Positions 29,265 through 32,000 of a stretch of DNA of 32,000 nt are shown here, one piece after another. The number at the start of each line of letters is the position of its first letter. Within the stretch, counting starts at the first letter, position 1. The position numbers and the translations under genes are program-made. The notes under the pieces are model-generated. The model made no database searches, was not told the origin of the DNA, and saw only the letters and a list, made by a program, of their open reading frames with translations. Source of the stretch: Raphidiopsis brookii D9 (lineage in GTDB: Bacteria > Cyanobacteriota > Cyanobacteriia > Cyanobacteriales > Nostocaceae); NCBI GenBank assembly GCA_000175855.1, contig ACYB01000035.1, positions 90,001-122,000 on the forward strand, written 5' to 3'.

Positions 29265-29617
29265 GAAGGGGTGAAGTGTATGATGCGCGTCTTGAAATGA
29301 CTGAAGGTTCTGAACAGGGGGGAACCCGTCCAGTAATTATTGTGAGTCGTGACGTGATTAATCTATCTAGCCCGGTTGTTTTAGCAGTACCATGTACAAC
29401 CTATCAAACAGGCAAGCGGGTTTATCCCACTCAGGTTTTGATTTTAGCACCAGATGGTGGTCTCAGGAAAGATTCGGTCGCAATGGCAGATCAGGTGCGG
29501 GTTTTGTCGAAAACGCGCTTTTTGCGATTACGTGGTGTGCTTTCTGAGGTGGTTATGGCCCATCTGGCCCAGGCCCTATTAATTGCTTTGGATTTATCAG
29601 GGGAACATAATAGTTAA
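29261..29617 (+). CDS. MazF/PemK family toxin (endoribonuclease)
   Basis: MRRGEVYDARLEMTEGSEQGGTRPVIIVSRDVIN...ADQVRVLSKTRFLRLRGVLSEVVM; starts within the antitoxin stop codon overlap. Confidence 0.92.
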   Translation: MRRGEVYDARLEMTEGSEQGGTRPVIIVSRDVINLSSPVVLAVPCTTYQTGKRVYPTQVLILAPDGGLRKDSVAMADQVRVLSKTRFLRLRGVLSEVVMAHLAQALLIALDLSGEHNS

Positions 29618-29648
29618 AGGGGGGATTCCCCGTGAAAGTCCCCCAAAA

Positions 29649-29810
29649 TCAACGTCGTTTGGCTGTGCTGCGGTTCATTTCTCGGTTTTCTTCCTCTCGA
29701 CGACGGCGATCGCGCCAATCCGCTAAGGTTAAATAAACTACACCGCCCGTAACCCCTACTAGTAACATTAGGGCAACCACAGCTAAAATACTCAGTAATG
29801 AACTCTCCAC
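29649..29810 (-). CDS. Small single-TM protein immediately downstream of petN
   Basis: GTG start at 29810 preceded by a GGGGGA Shine-Dalgarno-like sequence; (M)ESSLLSILAVVALMLLVGVTGGVVYLTLADWRDRRRREEENREMNRSTAKRR, 53 aa. Seven nucleotides after the petN stop. Confidence 0.6.
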   Translation of the reverse strand: MESSLLSILAVVALMLLVGVTGGVVYLTLADWRDRRRREEENREMNRSTAKRR

Positions 29811-29817
29811 AGTCCCC

Positions 29818-29904
29818 CTACAGTCCGTTACGTCCCCAAACGACCATGGCAATGGACCATGTAAAGACGACCATTAGTGATACCCAACCTAGTGTCAAAA
29901 TCAT
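29818..29904 (-). CDS. petN: Cytochrome b6-f complex subunit 8 (PetN)
   Basis: Not in the ORF track (28 aa). Hand translation: [28 protein letters not shown], essentially the PetN consensus. Confidence 0.96.
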   Translation of the reverse strand: MILTLGWVSLMVVFTWSIAMVVWGRNGL

Positions 29905-29957
29905 AGTTCTACTTTTTAAATAAACAAACCACACCTTCTTATCCTACCAAAAATTCG

Positions 29958-30914
29958 GTGGCAAAATTCTTTGCTGTTGGCAAAGCTTTCTGCTATACCA
30001 GAAATGTCGGCGTTATGGCAAGTAGTAGGAAATTGCCATTTAGGAAAGTCAAAGTGGAATTTAATCAACAACTTTTAAAACATTACTGGAAACGTCACTT
30101 AGAATCAGAACACCAACAGCCACATTTATTCAGTTCTGTGCACGTTTTTGACAGTTTGCCGTCAACAAATCAAATGGCGTGGCAATTATTGAGTCAAGGG
30201 GAAAAACAGGGATGTGTAGTGATTGCCCAACAGCAAACTGGGGGAAAGGGACAGTGGGGAAGACAATGGCTATCTCCCCAGGGCGGATTATATATTTCCC
30301 TGGGCATACCTTTACAACTGGAAGTTGCCAATGGGTATCAACTAACTTTGGCCAGTGCTTGGGGAATTGCATCCCAGTTAGAAAATTGTGGCGTGGAAGC
30401 AAGAATAAAGTGGCCAAATGATTTAGTATTAAATCGTCGTAAACTGGGAGGGATTTTAACAGAAACTAAAGTTCAACAAGGACAAATTACCCAGGTGGTC
30501 ATTGGCGTAGGTGTCAACTGGAAAAATCCCGTGCCAGAAACCGGTATTAACCTACATTCTTGGCAAAACGAGAATTTATCGCCAATTTCTGGACTAGAAA
30601 TGCTTGCTGCTCAGGTTTTGCTGGGAATAGGGTTCGGTCTCGATTGTTGGCAAAAGGAAGGAATAAGCATTCTTTTGTCCCGTTATCTGGATTTACTTAT
30701 CAATTTGGGTGATCAAGTATATGTCAATATCCCATTTTCAAAGGGAAATGAGGATCATTGGCTTGGAACTAGTGTTTTGGCTACCGTGGTTGGGGTTACA
30801 CCCCAAGGTCATTTGCGCCTACAAACATCCGGAAATAGAGAGGAACTCACACAACGAGAAATTTCCCTCGAACCAGGTACAATCAGTTTGGGTTACACTC
30901 AATTCTCTGTTTAG
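29958..30914 (+). CDS. birA: Biotin--[acetyl-CoA-carboxylase] ligase
   Basis: SLPSTNQMAWQLLSQGEKQGCVVIAQQQTGGKGQWGRQWLSPQGGLYISLGIPL, KWPNDLVLNRRKLGGILTE. The true start is uncertain (29958 GTG, 30015 ATG or later). Confidence 0.9.
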   Translation: MAKFFAVGKAFCYTRNVGVMASSRKLPFRKVKVEFNQQLLKHYWKRHLESEHQQPHLFSSVHVFDSLPSTNQMAWQLLSQGEKQGCVVIAQQQTGGKGQWGRQWLSPQGGLYISLGIPLQLEVANGYQLTLASAWGIASQLENCGVEARIKWPNDLVLNRRKLGGILTETKVQQGQITQVVIGVGVNWKNPVPETGINLHSWQNENLSPISGLEMLAAQVLLGIGFGLDCWQKEGISILLSRYLDLLINLGDQVYVNIPFSKGNEDHWLGTSVLATVVGVTPQGHLRLQTSGNREELTQREISLEPGTISLGYTQFSV

Positions 30915-30953
30915 TCATACCATTCTTAAACTTACCCACAAATTAAGGAAAAA

Positions 30954-32000
30954 ATGTCCCATTCCCATAGATCTACTAAAAAGCAAAGACGGTATAATCG
31001 AAATTTAACAGGCAGACGTTTTGCTTGTACAGTACCTCTATCATGGTTGAGCAGTATTAGTTTAATAAGTGGTGGTTTTGTATTTGCCCAAACTGAATCA
31101 CCACTAAATAATATTGTCTCTACTGTGGAAGTTTCTCAACCAACTACGTTGGGAGATAAAGGGCAAAATGGTAATAAATCCGTACCAGTGGAATCAGAGT
31201 CAGAAAGTTCTCCAACTTCAGTAATCCTGAAGGTTCCCGTACCTCCTGTACAAAACTCACTACCTGAAGCATTATCAAATAGTACGCGATCGCTTGAGAA
31301 AACATCTACACCAGTCATTCCAGCAACTGGTGAAATTGGTAATAGCAACAGCCAGATTACAGGTAAGGATTATAATGGTAGCCAAATTGATCCCACCGAA
31401 TATAACGGAAATAGGAGTGATGAATATGATGCACCTAGCTCCGTGGAAGTTACGGTAAGAGATCAAGGTTGTAAAGTGGTTACCTCCCAGGTTAAAAAAT
31501 CTCCTGGTACTTGTACTCAAAAAAATCCCTCTAAACCATCAGTGGTAAATTCTACTCCAAAATCACCACCTACTTGGTTGACAAAAAGTTCACCTGCAAG
31601 TGTAAGCACAAGCCCGATTAAAACAATCCCCAATCACAACACAGGGGAAACTGTCATTTCCCAAAATCAGAATAGTCTAAAAGCCAATTCCCGTAATAGA
31701 AGCGCTGAAAGACAGGTTTATATGGAGATGAGTTTAAAAAAAGTTAGCTACAATCAACCTCGGATCCCTGACCCCAGGGAATTTTCTTCTAGCAAAATGG
31801 TCACCCCAAGCACTTCTGGTTTTGGCACCCTACCACCACCAATGATAGAAGGAAAGGTGCCACCCCGTCCCAGTAAGGTTTCCTATGATTTTGATCTGGC
31901 ATCGGTTTTACCAGAAGGCCCTTATATAGTTTCCTTTGCTGATAATAGCACTATTTCCAGTAGTATTTCGGGTTTTACATTTCCTTTATCTTTTGCAGCG
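30954..32000 (+). CDS. Secreted/periplasmic low-complexity protein, probable M23-type peptidoglycan peptidase N-terminal region (truncated by window end)
   Basis: Open for 349 codons from the ATG at 30954. Hydrophobic signal (VPLSWLSSISLISGGFVFAQT), then a Ser/Pro/Thr-rich region. The last residues GFTFPLSFAA resemble the lead-in to cyanobacterial M23 domains (inference). Confidence 0.5.
   Translation, partial: MSHSHRSTKKQRRYNRNLTGRRFACTVPLSWLSSISLISGGFVFAQTESPLNNIVSTVEVSQPTTLGDKGQNGNKSVPVESESESSPTSVILKVPVPPVQNSLPEALSNSTRSLEKTSTPVIPATGEIGNSNSQITGKDYNGSQIDPTEYNGNRSDEYDAPSSVEVTVRDQGCKVVTSQVKKSPGTCTQKNPSKPSVVNSTPKSPPTWLTKSSPASVSTSPIKTIPNHNTGETVISQNQNSLKANSRNRSAERQVYMEMSLKKVSYNQPRIPDPREFSSSKMVTPSTSGFGTLPPPMIEGKVPPRPSKVSYDFDLASVLPEGPYIVSFADNSTISSSISGFTFPLSFAA

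Overview
This 32 kb window comes from a filamentous, Nostocales-type cyanobacterium. Roughly 16 HIP1 octamers (GCGATCGC) and a set of cyanobacterial marker genes support this: ycf3, nblS-purD, psbK, petN and a fraC/fraD-like pair. Most of it is ordinary chromosomal housekeeping: gatC, ycf3, murE, an aspartate aminotransferase, rdgB/HAM1, a phosphoglucomutase/phosphomannomutase, purN, nblS, purD, a Ski2-type helicase, a tandem universal stress protein, a 2Fe-2S ferredoxin, psbK, moeB, recA, a class-A beta-lactamase-like protein, dmeF-like CDF, a RHH/MazF toxin-antitoxin pair, petN and birA. I did not find a convincing new multi-gene system. The most notable observations are: (1) recA is split by a one-base frameshift (an extra A in an AAAA run), with the downstream frame fully preserved; (2) the probable filament-integrity/septal-junction gene fraD is split by the same kind of one-A insertion next to an intact fraC-like gene; (3) a PD-(D/E)XK-type nuclease-like protein carries an almost perfect 54/75-bp tandem array of 13 units, and the two unit lengths differ by exactly one coiled-coil heptad; (4) a 39-nt near-perfect hairpin resembles an IS200/IS605-type end, in a 450-bp gene-free stretch; (5) two CobO-like P-loop domains are fused in tandem; (6) two tiny photosynthesis genes (psbK, petN) are missing from the supplied ORF track.
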